A stretch of 64,000 nt of DNA from Octopus vulgaris (lineage: Eukaryota), in the NCBI GenBank assembly GCA_951406725.2, contig OX597818.1, positions 38,688,001 through 38,752,000 of the forward strand, in the 5' to 3' direction. A model generated the notes under the pieces. The model did not search any database and was not told where the DNA came from. It saw only the letters and a list, made by a program, of their open reading frames with translations. Positions 1 to 12,787 of the stretch are shown here, piece after piece; positions within the stretch are counted from its first letter, which is position 1, and every line of letters begins with the position of its first letter. A program made the position numbers and the translations under genes.

Positions 1-228
1 GTATTTAACACTTTAATACTCAGAGTACTCCATCAAATTTAATGCTTTTTGATTCACACTGTTTTGAAGTAACCATGCATTATCTTGTAGCTTTAAGATT
101 TTGATGATGTGGTTGCTTATTTTTAGAATGACATTGTAGGGTAGGTGTGAGAGGCTGAATATGGCCAGTCTGAACATAAAACAAGTAGGATATTTGGGCC
201 GGAAATGACCGGTTTAAATATTAAAGGG
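1..228. mobile_element. piggyBac-like MITE, opposite orientation
   Basis: Reverse-complement homology to 56406-56626; ends TAAAGGG-TTAA. Confidence 0.7.
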
Positions 229-604
229 TTAAATTGCCACACACGGAAGACCCTCCTTCACAGCAGAAGTGTTAAGGACACTTCACCTGGTGAAGAGGAT
301 TGGTTTGCAAGAGTCCTGTGCCAGTGTCAGATAAAAAAACATTTGTGTTGATGCCACATAAAAGTGCTCATGTTGGCACCATGTTAAAGCACCCAGGACA
401 TACTGTAAAGTGGTTGGTGTTAGGAAGGGCAACCGCTGTAGAAACTAAACCAAATCAGAATGGAACCTGGTGCAGCTCACCAGCTTTGGACAAACAGTCC
501 AACCCATAAAGAATAGTTAAAAAAAAACACCTTTTCTTCTCCAATAAATATTTTTCAAATAAAACCATTCAAACCATCCAACTGAAAAATTCCACACACA
601 CACG

Positions 605-650
<46 letters not shown>

Positions 651-689
651 GAATAAAATTACTTAAAATAAACAAATATAAACACATAC

Positions 690-915
690 CTATTTCTTTA
701 CTACCCACAAGGGTCTAAACACAGAGGGGACAAACAAGGACAGACAAATGGATCAAGTCGATTACATCGACCCCAGTGCGTAACTGGTACTTATTTAATC
801 GACCCCGAAAGGATGAAAGGCAAAGTCGACCTTGGCGAAATTTGAACTCAGAACGTAACGGCAGACGAAATACGGCTACGCATTTCGCCCAGCGTGCTAA
901 CGTTTCTGCCAGCTT
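690..915 (-). mobile_element. SINE family C (central GCCTTTCATCCTTTCGGGGTCGAT..AAGTACCAG domain)
   Basis: Recurs at 11318-11549, 14670-15050 (tandem), 17020-17220, 24688-24823, 30158-30790 (three tandem), 48130-48270, 51352-51546; GAGTTCAAAT B box. Confidence 0.8.
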
Positions 916-1339
916 GCATATAAACACATACCACCAACCCACCAATGTACCATAAATAAATGAATAACCCCCCCACCACCCACCGTCAGTTACAAGAAAT
1001 ATTATCCCACAGATATAACACATACAACCAATGAAATACCTAATGAACAAACACAAATGCCAGACCACCCACATACATCAATATACATATACACACCAAT
1101 ACGGAGTCATATCAGTTTCACCTAAAGTTTACTGTGGTATGAACCTTGAGTTGCAGGACAAACTCTCAGCTTTAGTTTCAAGAGGCATTATATGCAGTGT
1201 GCAAGAGAGAAGAAAGTGCAGGTATGGTCAGGTGATGCATATGGAGGAGGACAGCAGCATAAAGAATTGCTAATCTCTAATTGTGGAAGAAACCTGTGGA
1301 AGTGGTAGACCCAGGAAGACATGGGACAAAGCATGGGAC

Positions 1340-1828
1340 GAATCTAAGTAGAGACTTCAAACTTAAAATCTTCAAAGCCACAGTTGAACCAATTCTACTA
1401 TATGGCTCAGAACATTGTGGGAAGATGTTTTTTTTTTTCTTCAATTTCTGCAATTTCAACCAATAACGATTAAAGAAGCTTGAGAGGCGGTTGGATGGAA
1501 CTTACACTTGCCTCCTTATGAGAGCTCAAAATCTCTCGTGGAAGCGTCATCCAACCAAAATACAAATATATGGAAAACTACCACCTGTATCATCTCTTGT
1601 GAAAGGTAGGAGAGTCCAGTTTGCTGGACATTGTTGTAGAGCTGAAAACGAGGTAATTTCTACTCTTCTCCTCTGGAAGCCATCTACTCGCGATACCAGA
1701 GGGCGCACGCTCTCCTACCTTGATGTAATCTCTAAGGATACAGGCATCCAGCAACAGGATCTCCGTAAAGTCTGGCGTAGCATGGTAAATTCCATTGTCT
1801 CAACCACGGTCAAACAATGATGATGATG
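1340..1828 (+). mobile_element. RTE/RTE-X LINE 3' fragment
   Basis: KLKIFKATVEPILLYGSE, DGTYT.LL, RRVQFAGHC, RGR; (TGA)n tail. Confidence 0.85.
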
Positions 1829-2582
1829 GGACAATGCGGTGAGAAAGGATCTTCAGATATTGAACCTCAACTGAGAAGTTAAGGGACTGAGATCTTTGGC
1901 AATTTGTTGTGGTTGAGAAGACACATCAAGCTATATAAAATCGTGGCCATTCAGACATACAAGCATGTCCTTATGGCTATAACTCTCCTCTCCTTCCCCT
2001 CACACACACACAACTCTGTCCTCTGGCAAAACTCACTCACTATCATCTGTGGGATGATGTCAGCACCTGGGGAGCTGACCGGAACTTGGGGCTGACCGGA
2101 AGGGGCAGCAGTGATGCGTGCGCAGGTAGGGTGGCATTCGGCCTTTCGATCGCGGTCGCCGAGCGAGGAAGTCGGGTCAGCACATTGTTAAGGTTGGGAG
2201 AAGCAGCTGCTATTTCTAGCGTTTTGGGTCGGGCTGTGTTGAAGGATCCATTACCGCTGAAGGGTCTCCATCTGAGTGAAGAGAAGGTAGGTGCCTTTAT
2301 TTTGAATCTCTCGCATACACCACATCATCTTCCCCAGAACTGCAGGTCCCTCCAGTTTCCTCTTAACATCACTTGCTATCTATAAATATCTCCTCTATCC
2401 CATCTGTGCTACTTATGCTCCCCACCCCACTGTTCCCTGTGGGTAGGCCTTCTCTTTTTCACTGTCTCTATCTTTTTCTCTCTCTCACTCCCATGTCCCT
2501 CTGGTTCCTTATCCTACTGGGGTAGCCAAGTATCTCGTTTGTAGTAAGACAGCTATCATTGACACTCTACCATACTCCAACC

Positions 2583-2885
2583 TGTGGAGGCACATGGCCT
2601 AGTGGATAGAGCAGCGGACTCACGGTTGAGGGATCGTGGGTTCGAATCTCAGACAGAGCGATGTGTGTGTTTATGAGTGAAACACCTAAGCTCCACATGG
2701 CTCTGGCAGAAGGTAATGGCGAACTTCTGCTGACTCATTTGCCACAACTTTCTCTCACTCTTTCCTCTTGCATCTTGCAGCTCACCTGCAACGGACCGGC
2801 GTCCCATCCAGGTGGGGAACCTATATGCCAAGGAAACTGGGAAACCAGCCGTTATGAGCCAGGCATGGCTCGAGAAGGAACAAGC
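2583..2885 (+). mobile_element. tRNA-derived SINE
   Basis: TGGCCTAGTGG A box, GTTCGAATC B box; body shared with 10523 and 52928. Confidence 0.78.
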
Positions 2886-3554
2886 ATACATACATACTCC
2901 AACATCTCACTTAGCACACGACCACTTCTTTCAGTTTCTCTCTTATCAATTGAGGTGTCCTTGTCTTGTAAGGCACTTGGTGACCCCATAAGTACTGGTT
3001 CCATGTAAAAAGCACTCATGTCAGTGCTATGTAAAAGGCACCAATGCTGGCACTACATAAAGTGCACCCATGTTGGTACTACATAAAAAGCATCCATATT
3101 GGCACAATGTAAAGAGCACTTGTGCTGGCACCACATTACAAGCACCCATGCCAGGCCAGATGGGAGCACCCAATACACTTTATAAAGTGGTTGGCATTAG
3201 GAAGGGCATCAAGCAATACAAAACAATGCCAAAACAGATGACTGGGACCTGAATGGCCCTTCAGCTGGCCAGTTCCTGCCAAACTGTCCAACCAATACCA
3301 GCATGGAAAATACACGTTAAATGATGATGGTGGTGATGATGATGATACTCTACACCATGTACTGAGCATTCCATTTATTTTACATTAAGCAATGTATATA
3401 TATATATATATACACACAGTAGTACCTCAGTTTTCAAACAACTCTGAGCATGAATAAATCATGCTTTATATATATGTATATTTTCTTTCCTCCACCTCAC
3501 TTTCTATTTTGTATCACATCGAAACTAACTATGACTTAACTTTCCTCTCACACC

Positions 3555-3606
3555 GTCTCCAATGAAGGGATATTATTAATTCATATCCTAGAAACAGCTG
3601 TAAGAC
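3555..3606 (+). ncRNA. Degenerate minimal hammerhead-like motif
   Basis: GTCT-CCAATGA-AGGGATAT..ATATCCTA-GAAAC-AGCT-GTA-AGAC; G5 lost. Confidence 0.55.
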
Positions 3607-3767
3607 CTTCTATCTATAAATGCTCATATATCTATACAGCCTTGGTTTTTTTATCTTATCACGCAAAAAATTCTCATATAAAGCATAATTTATTTGTGAT
3701 CAGAGTTGTTTGAAAACAGAGACACTATTGTATATATATATATATATATATAGAAAAAATATATATA

Positions 3768-4187
3768 GGCGCAGGAGTGGCTGTGTGGTAAGTAGCTTGC
3801 TAACCAACCACATGGTTCCGGGTTCAGTCCCTCTGCGTGGCATCTTGGGCAAGTGTCTTCTGCTATAGCCTCGGGCCGACCAATGCCTTGTGAGTGGACG
3901 TGGTAGACGGAAACTGAAAGAAGCCTGTCATATATATGTATATATATATAGGTGTGTGTGTGTATATGTTTGTGTGTCTGTGTTTGTCCCTCTAGCATTG
4001 CTTGACAACCGATGCTGGTGTGTTTACGTCCACGTCACTTAGCGGTTCGGCAAAAGAGACCGATAGAATAAGTACTGGGCTTACAAAGAATAAGTCTCGG
4101 GGTCGATTTGCTGGACTAAAGGCGGTGCTCCAGCATGGCTGCAGTCAAATGACTGAAACAAGTAAAAGAGTAAAAGAGAGTAAAGAG
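3768..4187 (+). mobile_element. Abundant tRNA-derived SINE family A
   Basis: GGCGCAGGAGTGGCTGTGTGGTAAG head, GGTTCAGTCC B box, internal (TA/TG)n, (TAAAAGAG)n tail; more copies at 15653-16040, 17990-18393, 23277-23724 (-) and 40925-41327, 47695-48100, 51971-52375 (+), plus fragments. Confidence 0.88.
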
Positions 4188-4261
4188 TATATAACAAAAG
4201 ACAAATGAATTATTTGAAACAGCAATATAGTAAATTTGATTAAGGTGCATTTATAACTAAC

Positions 4262-4382
4262 CAGGAATTTCCAAAGTATCAAGCAAAGGGTCAAAATTAG
4301 CCATCCAAGAACTGAATTCTTCAAGTGCCTTTGGTTCTTTAAGCTTCTGTTTTTCAAGCTTTTCCATTACGACTGAAAGTTG
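4262..4382 (-). CDS. PRKDC: PRKDC exon w26 (...LEEFSSWMANFDPLLDTLEIPG)
   Basis: aag acceptor (exact start less certain), GTTAGT donor; LEIPG precedes the PIKK kinase domain. Confidence 0.9.
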
Positions 4383-4485
4383 CTTTTGAAAACAAAACAA
4401 TAGTGTGCATTGCAATAATAAAAAAGTAGTTTAGTCTTCTCCATTCTTCTCACAATATATCACTGCATAAATATGATCATCATCA

Positions 4486-4861
4486 TCTATCTATATATAA
4501 ACTGCAAAATGTCTGTCTGTGTGTGTGTGTGTGTGTCCTTTATAGAAATCCACAATTTTTCAGTTAGAGGGCTCGCACTTTCTATGGTCATTCAAAACCG
4601 TCCAAGGGTGGTCATGCATATCTTTACATTTCCCCAGTCACCCTGCAAAACCATTAAAAAATCAACAGAAGTGACTTTTTTGTGAATTTTCTATCCAAAA
4701 CCCAATCAAAATGCCTGAAACTTGATACGCCACTTGAATGCCAGCTAGCTGTATGTGATTGGTCAGAGATTTGGACAGTACTCGTGTGTATGTGCGCACG
4801 TACGCAGCTGTATATGCATGCACTAGCACTATGACCTGGCGTTGCCGGGTCATAGTGCTAG
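4486..4861 (+). mobile_element. Non-autonomous Helitron
   Basis: A|TC start, 3' hairpin GACCTGGC-GTT-GCCGGGTC then CTAG|T, no TSD. Confidence 0.78.
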
Positions 4862-5159
4862 TCAATATTATTACTACTTCCATCCCTATCGTTGTCTGTC
4901 TTTTGATATAAACAGAAATGCAGTGTATGTCTGCCAGATAACTCTGGTTAGAATGCCAAATGCATAAATAAGAAGGTCTGGTAAATATTTATGAGCTCCA
5001 GTGAATGTATAACTAGATAAACTGCTTGAAAGCTCATCAAATTGGCTGTGTCTATAATCCAGAGAGCTAACTTTGATACACAATAAGCTGCACTGATTAT
5101 ACCCAAGAATTCATATTAAGGGTACACATATCTTTGAAATTCTCAGCTACTTACTTCAA

Positions 5160-5518
5160 AAAAACACAGAGTGGAAGGTAAAATGCAGCAAAAATGTGTT
5201 AAAAAAATATATGAGAAATAAAAATATAAACTAATATCTCTATAAATATGTAAAAAATATATAAGAAATATAAGTAAAAAGTATAGAGGGATAAAAAACT
5301 TGTATGTGGACACAATATAAAAGGCAAGTTCTATCTGTGATCTCAGGGGGACCAAAAACGTAACAAATATTTAGCCACATGTGGACATGTCCACATGTAG
5401 ATAAATATTTCTTATATATTTTTTACATATTTATAGAGATATTGGTTTATATTTTTATTGCTCATATATTTTTTAACACATTTTTTTCTGTATTTTACCT
5501 TCCACCCTGCATTTTTTC
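5160..5518. repeat. Imperfect inverted repeat (~110-bp arms) with an internal palindrome
   Basis: 5160-5271 is the reverse complement of 5405-5518; CCACATGTGGACATGTCCACATGT near 5375-5398. Confidence 0.85.
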
Positions 5519-6139
5519 TTGTGCATGTGCATATATAGACGTGTTTATGGAATTTTTTGTGTACACGTGTGTGTGTGTGTGTGCATGTATGCGGGTATGT
5601 ATATATATATTTTTTGGCATACGTGTGGGTGCGCATGTTTGTGTTTCAAGTAAGTGTGGATGAGCATATGCACATGTATGTGGGTGTACGTGCACGTATG
5701 TGTGTGTGTATGAACATGCGAGCTTACGCGATTGCTATGAGCATTTTTACTCCTTTACTTTTTACTCCCTCCCCTTATTTAGCGGTCATTCTAATGGCTC
5801 TTTTGTCTTAATAATGGTCAATCAAAGAGTAATTTTCCTTTGTTTAACAGTCATTTTCATAGCATTTTTTGATGGCCCGATAACTGAAGAGATGCCGGTG
5901 TGGGCTTCTGCCCTGACATCCAAAACTTGGAGTTTTATCATAGCTACCGAATAATTGTCACATATTATATTTACAGATATATATATATACACACAGTTCA
6001 TAGATGAGAATCAGATATTCTCTGTATAGAATACACTTTGTAGTGCTCAAGAGATTTAAACTTGAGTGGGTAAAGACATAGATGTATGGATAAGCAAGTT
6101 AGACAGATCAATAGATTAACACCTCAAATATAAGATCTC

Positions 6140-6231
6140 TTCCCTGAAGATGGGAGTTCATCTCAGTCTATGATGGAATTAATCTACAAGCATTATTCTG
6201 GGACTTGAGCCCCCAGAAACAGCTGTTGGAG
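6140..6231 (+). ncRNA. Minimal hammerhead-like motif
   Basis: TTCC-CTGAAGA-TGGG...CCCA-GAAAC-AGCT-GTT-GGAG. Confidence 0.62.
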
Positions 6232-6329
6232 ACCTTTTTATATGTAAACATATATACTTTATTGTATTTCATGTATTTAATATACTTTATAAATTGATCT
6301 CTCTTACTTGCTTATCCTTACATTTGCTT

Positions 6330-6400
<71 letters not shown>
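6330..6400. repeat. (AT)n microsatellite (one of many: 6524-6572, 23505-23555, 39361-39405, 62176-62214; (CA)n 593-645)
   Basis: Direct inspection. Confidence 0.95.
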
Positions 6401-6402
<2 letters not shown>

Positions 6403-6518
6403 AATATAGGATAAAATTTTTCGAAAAAATTACCTTTAAAGGTTAAATTTATAAACAATTTATAAGTAAGGGCATATTTTGGCATTAGAAATTTTTTCTT
6501 TTGCCCTTACTTATAAAT

Positions 6519-6577
<59 letters not shown>

Positions 6578-6836
6578 GACAGGCTTCTTTTAGTTTCTCT
6601 CAACCAAATCCACTCCACTTACTATAGCTTTGGTTGGCCCAAAGCTATAGCAGAAGACACTTTACCAAGGTACCATGTAGTAGGACTGAACCCAGAACCA
6701 TGTGGTTGGGAAGCAAGCTTCTTACCACACAGCCACACCTGCACTTCTTTAACAGAGAAATACCTTCCGTAATAATAGCAGCATTATTCTCAACTTTTAC
6801 ATTGAAATACTTCTAATTTTGATTCAGCTGGTTTAC

Positions 6837-6905
6837 CTGTTTGTTCATCTTATTTATCTTGGAACCATCTTTTCCAAATGAATTAACAAATAAAGAGTGG
6901 AAATT
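6837..6905 (-). CDS. PRKDC: PRKDC exon w25 (NFHSLFVNSFGKDGSKINKMNKQ)
   Basis: cag acceptor, GTAAAC donor, 69 nt; human FGKGGSKL. Confidence 0.9.
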
Positions 6906-6998
6906 CTGAAAAATATTTAAATAATATTTAAATAGTAAACAAGGAAGAGAATATTTTCAAAATTATGTTTTAGAGGGATACTTTTATATATTACTAAA

Positions 6999-7320
6999 AG
7001 ACTCCGCCGGTTACGACGACGAGGGTCCCAGCTGATACGATCAACGGAACAGCTTGCTCGTGAAATTAACGTGCAAATGGCTGAGCATTCCACAGACACG
7101 TGTACCCTTAACGTAGTTCTCGGGGATAATCAGCGTGACACAGAGAGTGACAAGGCTGACCCTTTGAAATACAAGTACAACTCATTTTTGCCAGCTGAGT
7201 GGACTGGAGCAACGTGAAATAAAGTGTCTTGCTCAAGGACACAACGCGTCGCCGGGAATCGAACTCACAACCTTACGATCATGAGCCGAATGCCCTAACC
7301 ACTAAGCCACGCGCCCTCAC
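6999..7320 (-). mobile_element. Young tRNA-derived CORE-type SINE
   Basis: A box TGGCTTAGTGG, B box GTTCGATTC, CORE-like TGTGTCCTTGAGCAAGACAC, 15-bp TSD TTATATATTACTAAA. Confidence 0.88.
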
Positions 7321-7897
7321 TTATATATTACTAAAGGTCTTGTGAATACTTGTCACAAACACACAGACACACACACAAACTTGGTGATATATGTCAGATA
7401 CTAAAACATATTCACATGTGTGATGTATAAGTCCTTCTATGGAGATGTTGTCAAATTTGACATAATTATGACAATTTAGATATTTTCATAAGACAGGCAT
7501 GAAAACAGAAAAGGACATCATTGCATATGAAGTTTTTTCATGTACCAAATATATATCATACACATCTCAAGCTATTTATTAAACACTTTCCTTTCTTTAT
7601 TTTCTCCCACCTAAGAGAGCAAGGTTAGGTGACAAAGAAAGAGAAAGTGTGAGAAAATGAGTTACAAAAACAGTGTAGAAAAAATAAAGAAAAGGATAAC
7701 AGGAGGAAGTAAACTAAACGTCAGTACTCTTTCATCTTCCCACAATGTTTTCAAATCAAATGATGATCATGTACATAAAAATAGGTGCATAACTATTATT
7801 TTGTCTGCATTTTTAATTACAATTTCATCTTTTACAAACTGAAACAGCAATAAAACAGTACTCTTCTAGTGCTTTCATTATTGATGACACATTACTT

Positions 7898-8304
7898 GGA
7901 TCTTTTCGGTTTGAATGGCAGTTTTTTCTAGCGGTGTCATATGAAATTGTCACCCATAATTATGACCCTAGTATCAATCTATTGCATTTCAATCTGGGTT
8001 AGGGTTAGGGGAAGGGTACCTTTTTTTTCTTCAGAAATGTAAATAAACCCAATCTGTTTCTTAAATGAGGGACATATTCATACGGCACAGAATGCTTTCA
8101 CCTCAACAGACATCATTGATTGGTTGAAATTGCAGAAATTGAAGAAAAAAAAAACAACAAATATTTTACAAAATATAGAATTTTCTCAATAAAGCCAAGA
8201 GAAAAAGATGTTTTATAAACACATTTTACCAGTATACGAAGTTTAAAAGTGTTTAGTTACGTGGAAATTATTTTTAAAAACTGCCGGTCAAACCGAAAAG
8301 ATCC
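7898..8304. mobile_element. MITE with 8-bp TSD (Merlin-like)
   Basis: TIR GGATCTTTTCGGTTTGA..GGCAGTTTTT / AAAAACTGCC..TCAAACCGAAAAGATCC; TSD CATTACTT on both sides. Confidence 0.85.
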
Positions 8305-8734
8305 CATTACTTCCTTTATCTTACTCTTATACAATAGAACTTTATGTCTGTTAGTATAGTGTATTTTGTTTTTCGTGGTGATGGTGGGGCTACTAACTTC
8401 TTGCTGTAAATTTTTTCCTCTATGTTTCATTGTTATATATAAAAAAGTGATTGTTTTATTTAAAGAAAAGTTCAAAAGATTTTATTACTAAAAATATTAG
8501 GAATATTTTAGTAATATTATAGTCATATGAGTAATATTTTTATTACTTCTACTTGAAGAAACAGTAAAAGAAAGAAAACTCATTAATCCAAAGAAACCCA
8601 AAAGAAAATGACAAAATTGTTTTGTGATGAAATAAAGTACTAACAAGAGACAACTACAAACTGCTTCAATGAAACAAAATTTTCTTTGAATATTTGTAAA
8701 TTAGGTATTTAAGGTAAAATTGATTTATAATTAC

Positions 8735-8881
8735 CTTAGTAAATTTCTGATAATAAGGGCTAACATTTTCTTTACAAGAATTTTCAAAGAGAGATGAGCA
8801 CATGTCCTTATAAAGTTCTATGACTTCCTGCTTTTTTGGGTCAGTCTTTGAATGCAATTGTAGGGCATTTTTATACCAATC
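8735..8881 (-). CDS. PRKDC: PRKDC exon w24 (DWYKNAL...YYQKFTK)
   Basis: cag acceptor, GTAATT donor, 147 nt. Confidence 0.92.
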
Positions 8882-10522
8882 CTGGAAATATTAAATCTTA
8901 TTTTCATTTGAATACTCTCAAATAAAAATTAAAGACAAAAAATAACAATTTGATAAAATTTGAACTAAATCTGCAAGAAAATGAGACACTATAGAATTTA
9001 TCTGAGAAGACTGTTGATACTAAAATGGATAAACGGCTAAAGCAATATCAAAATGCAGGAGGCATATACCATAACAATAACAGCAACAACAAGCTTCTTG
9101 TGGTTGCAAATGAGATGCATTTCACCATTCCATGCCACAGCAGGAATATCTGCCCTCCATTAGCTTTGGTAAGTCCCTAATTTCATGCCAATAACAGCAT
9201 AAATGAATGGTCTTTGTCCTATATTAGGGCATAGAAGTCTCCAAAATATAACATACAAGGAGATTCACAGCCATATTCGAACCATCTCTACCATTGTTGC
9301 TCAATGCACAGTGAGCGTGGCTGGTCACATGCTGAATACCAAAACCATAGGATATTTTCAATAATGTTTTTGAATATTCTAAATATTTTACAACATTGAT
9401 CACAGTAGCTTCACAGCAGAATGTAGCTATTTAAAACAAGTTATACTCTGTAAGCCTGAAATGGCAAAATCGAAATCAAATTTGATGACTGGCATCCGTG
9501 CTAGTGGAGTGCTAAGAGTACCATATGTGTGAGACCGTTGCCAGAGCAACAAGCTGGCCTCCATGTCGATGGTAAGTTAAAAACACCATTCGAGCGTGAT
9601 CATTACCTGTGTTCCTTTACTAGCACTTGTGCTGGTGGCACGTGAAAAAAACATTCCAGCGAGGTCGTTGCCAGTGCTGCTGGACTGGCTCCTGTGCAGG
9701 TGGCACATAAAAAGCACCATTTGAGCGTGGCCATTGCCAGTACCGCCTGACTGGCCCTTGTGCCGGTGGCACGTAAAAAGCACCCACTACACTCTCGGAG
9801 TGGTTGGCATTAGGAAGGGCATCCAGCTGTAGAAACTCTGCCAGATCAGATTGGAGTCTGGTGCAGCCATCTGGTGCGCCTGACCTCAGTCAAATCGTCC
9901 AACCTATGAAAGCATGGAAAGCGGACGTTAAACAATGATGATGATGAATAAATTTTGTGTTCCATACTCTGATATAAAATTCTATTTCTCAATTTAATAT
10001 TTATTCTCAAGCTAAGAACCATAGAGTAACAAGTTAGTTATTGCTCAACTGAGTCACTGCACCTGATTTGGACATCCAGTGTAATTTCTATTTTTAAGCT
10101 CTTTGGAAAAAACACGAACATTACATCATTGTATTTTCCTCTTGTCTTATAATGATTAATTCCTCGTCTGTATACTAAGAAAGTGCTGTGAGCTTGTAGA
10201 GAACCAAGGCAATGATTTTGGCTTCAGTTCCATATCAAGACTATTTTACTTCTAAGTGTTAATTGAAATGAAACTGGAAGTGGTATAATTACCCCACTAC
10301 CCTATTCTCTTTGTTAGATAAATCTAAGATCTTGTGTCTATACTTGAAATTAGTGTTATTTCAATTCTAAAAATACAAGAATCATTAGATTCCGTTTAAT
10401 TAGCAACTTCAAAAAAAGAGGTTTATTTCTAAATTATGGTCAACAGTTACAAATAGCCAAACTGGAAATGGATCTTGTAAAAAGGCCTTCCATTTGAAAT
10501 GGAGGTGTGACTAACCTACACC

Positions 10523-10905
10523 AGGAGGCGCAATGGCCCAATGGTTAGGGCAGTGGACTCGCGGTCGGAGGATCGTGGTTTCAATCCCCAGACCGGGTGT
10601 TGTGCGTGTTTATTGAGCGAAAACACCTAAAGCTCCATGAGGCTCTGGCAGGGGGTGGTGGCAACCCCTGTTGTACTCTTTCGCTTCAACTTTCTCTCAT
10701 TCTTTCTTCCTGTTTCTCGTCCCTGACTTCCTATGCAACTGCTGAGCCTGGATGCGCATTCATCCATCCATCAATGCTCTCGGTGTCGGGGGTTGACCTG
10801 CTCTCTCTTCTGCGGGTCTTACAAATAGCAAAGGACCACGTTTTGGACTTCTCCCATCTTGCAGGCTCTGGGACGAAGACCGTTCGCTCAACAGCAACAG
10901 CAACC
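10523..10905 (+). mobile_element. tRNA-derived SINE (same head as 52928, different tail)
   Basis: GGAGGCGCAATGGCCCAATGGTTAGG head; (ACAGCA)n tail. Confidence 0.8.
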
Positions 10906-11128
10906 TACAGCAAGTTACAAGGTACTAGTGGAAGCTGGACTCACCGGCAAAGCCTATTACAGCTAAAGCAGATGGTTCAATAACATTAGTTTGGCACCAC
11001 AGACCACTGTGATTTAGGAAAAGTTCAACTGATTGACTGATAATTTATTGCAAATCCTATCAGCATTTTCCAAATCCAGTTTTGTAAGTTAAAGTAAACA
11101 AGTTTGAAATACTGCATGAAAATTTTAC

Positions 11129-11222
11129 CTTGAAGACGTTAAGTGGTTCTGCAAACCTTTCCAAGGAGCTGATGAAAGTAAATACTTGTGGCAGTGTTGT
11201 TGAGTTCAAATGACATGATAAC
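11129..11222 (-). CDS. PRKDC: PRKDC exon w23 (LSCHLNS...FISSLERFAEPLNVFK)
   Basis: cag acceptor, GTAAAA donor, 94 nt. Confidence 0.92.
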
Positions 11223-12600
11223 CTGACAAATACCAGAAAAAAGGAGAAAAAGAAAACATGGTAAATTGAAATTACTTGTTAATGATACACTCACAATGTT
11301 GTATTCACTTTCCTTCTCATTTCTTTATTGCCCGCAAGGAGCCAAACATAGAGGGGACAAACAAGGACAGACAAAGGGTCAAGTCGATTAGATCAACCCC
11401 GGTGTGTAACTGGTACTTAATTTATCAACCCCGAAAGGATGAAAGGCAAAGTTGACCTTGGCGGAATTTGAACTCAGAACGCAGTGGTGGACGAGATACT
11501 GCAAAGCATTTCACCTGGCGTGCTAACGTTTCTGCCAGCTTGCCACCTTACTTTCCTTCTCATTTAATAAACTGACACTATACACATTGGTATATGCGCC
11601 CCTCCCCCGCATACACATACATACACACCTGAGGAAAAGTTGCTGAATGATCAAAACTACCTGAGGTTACCTTGCTCAAAACTAGTAAGAAAAAGGAAAA
11701 TTTCTTTTTGTTCTAGGGTAATGCAAATTTATTCATTACAATGGCCTACTACCTATAACGGTTAAATAGTGTTAACAACAATAACAACAGCAAGAGCAAC
11801 AGCAGCTGCCATTTATCGTCCACTTTTCCAAAGGTCAGATGGAATTTACTGATGAAGATTTTCTGTCTGGATGCCTTTCCTTGTTTTCAAGCAAGGCAAT
11901 ATTCAATCATTATGTGATGTCAAGACAGAAGTACATAGAAACACACACACACACATATATGGCAGACTTCTTTCAGTTTCCTTCTATCAAATGCACTCAT
12001 AAGGCTTTGGGCTACAGCAGAAGATACTTGCCCAAAGTGCTGCACAGTAGGACTGAACCCAAGTCCACATGGTTGGGAATCAAGCTTCTTAACCACACAC
12101 CCATACCTGCACCTTAATCTCTTCATAAATAGCTGCACAATGAATTATCCTCATCATCTGCAGGACTGCTTAATAATGATTTTGAACAGATATATATATA
12201 TTTTTTTCTTTTTTTTTACTTGTTTCAATCATTAGGCTGTGGCCATGCTAGAGCACCAGCTTGATGAATATTAACTGAATGAATTGTTTGTCCCCTCTAT
12301 GTTTAGCCCCTTGTGGGCAATAAAGAAATAATCATTAATATTGCAGACTTTCTGTTGTGTCCATGAACAAAGCACATAATCCTGCATGCCTTAAGGCCTG
12401 TGTAGTCAATAGTATATTTCATTGAAGTAATTAGCATCCGAAATGGTAAACAACCAATGGAGCAAGCAATTGCCCCTGATAACATGCAAATTTAAAGGAA
12501 GTCGCAAAGACAGTTTAACTTATGAAAGCATGGAAATGTAGTTGGCAAAAAATGAAATTGATAGGTTTTATGATTCGATTGAGATGAGAAATGAACTCAC

Positions 12601-12689
12601 TTTTCGACAAATTTTCTGTTTTGTGTTCCACTGTCATTTCCTTCAAATCTGAAGCCTTCATTACTGATTTTGAATGAATATATAATAGC
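12601..12689 (-). CDS. PRKDC: PRKDC exon w22 (AIIYSFKISNEGFRF...NRKFVEK)
   Basis: cag acceptor, GTGAGT donor, 89 nt. Confidence 0.94.
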
Positions 12690-12746
12690 CTGAAAAATAA
12701 AAATATAACATTACATATTGCTATATTTTTTCAGTCTGAAAATTTG

Positions 12747-12778
<32 letters not shown>

Positions 12779-12787
12779 ATATATATA

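Noticed and set aside
3768-3845. SINE heads as tRNA genes
   Set aside because: A and B boxes are present but there is no complete cloverleaf, and they continue into SINE bodies.
1-4261. Kinase-domain exons (GQY.G..KP.PE.H)
   Set aside because: Not found by eye; the region is repeats, and the exons are presumably left of the window, so this is not evidence of truncation.
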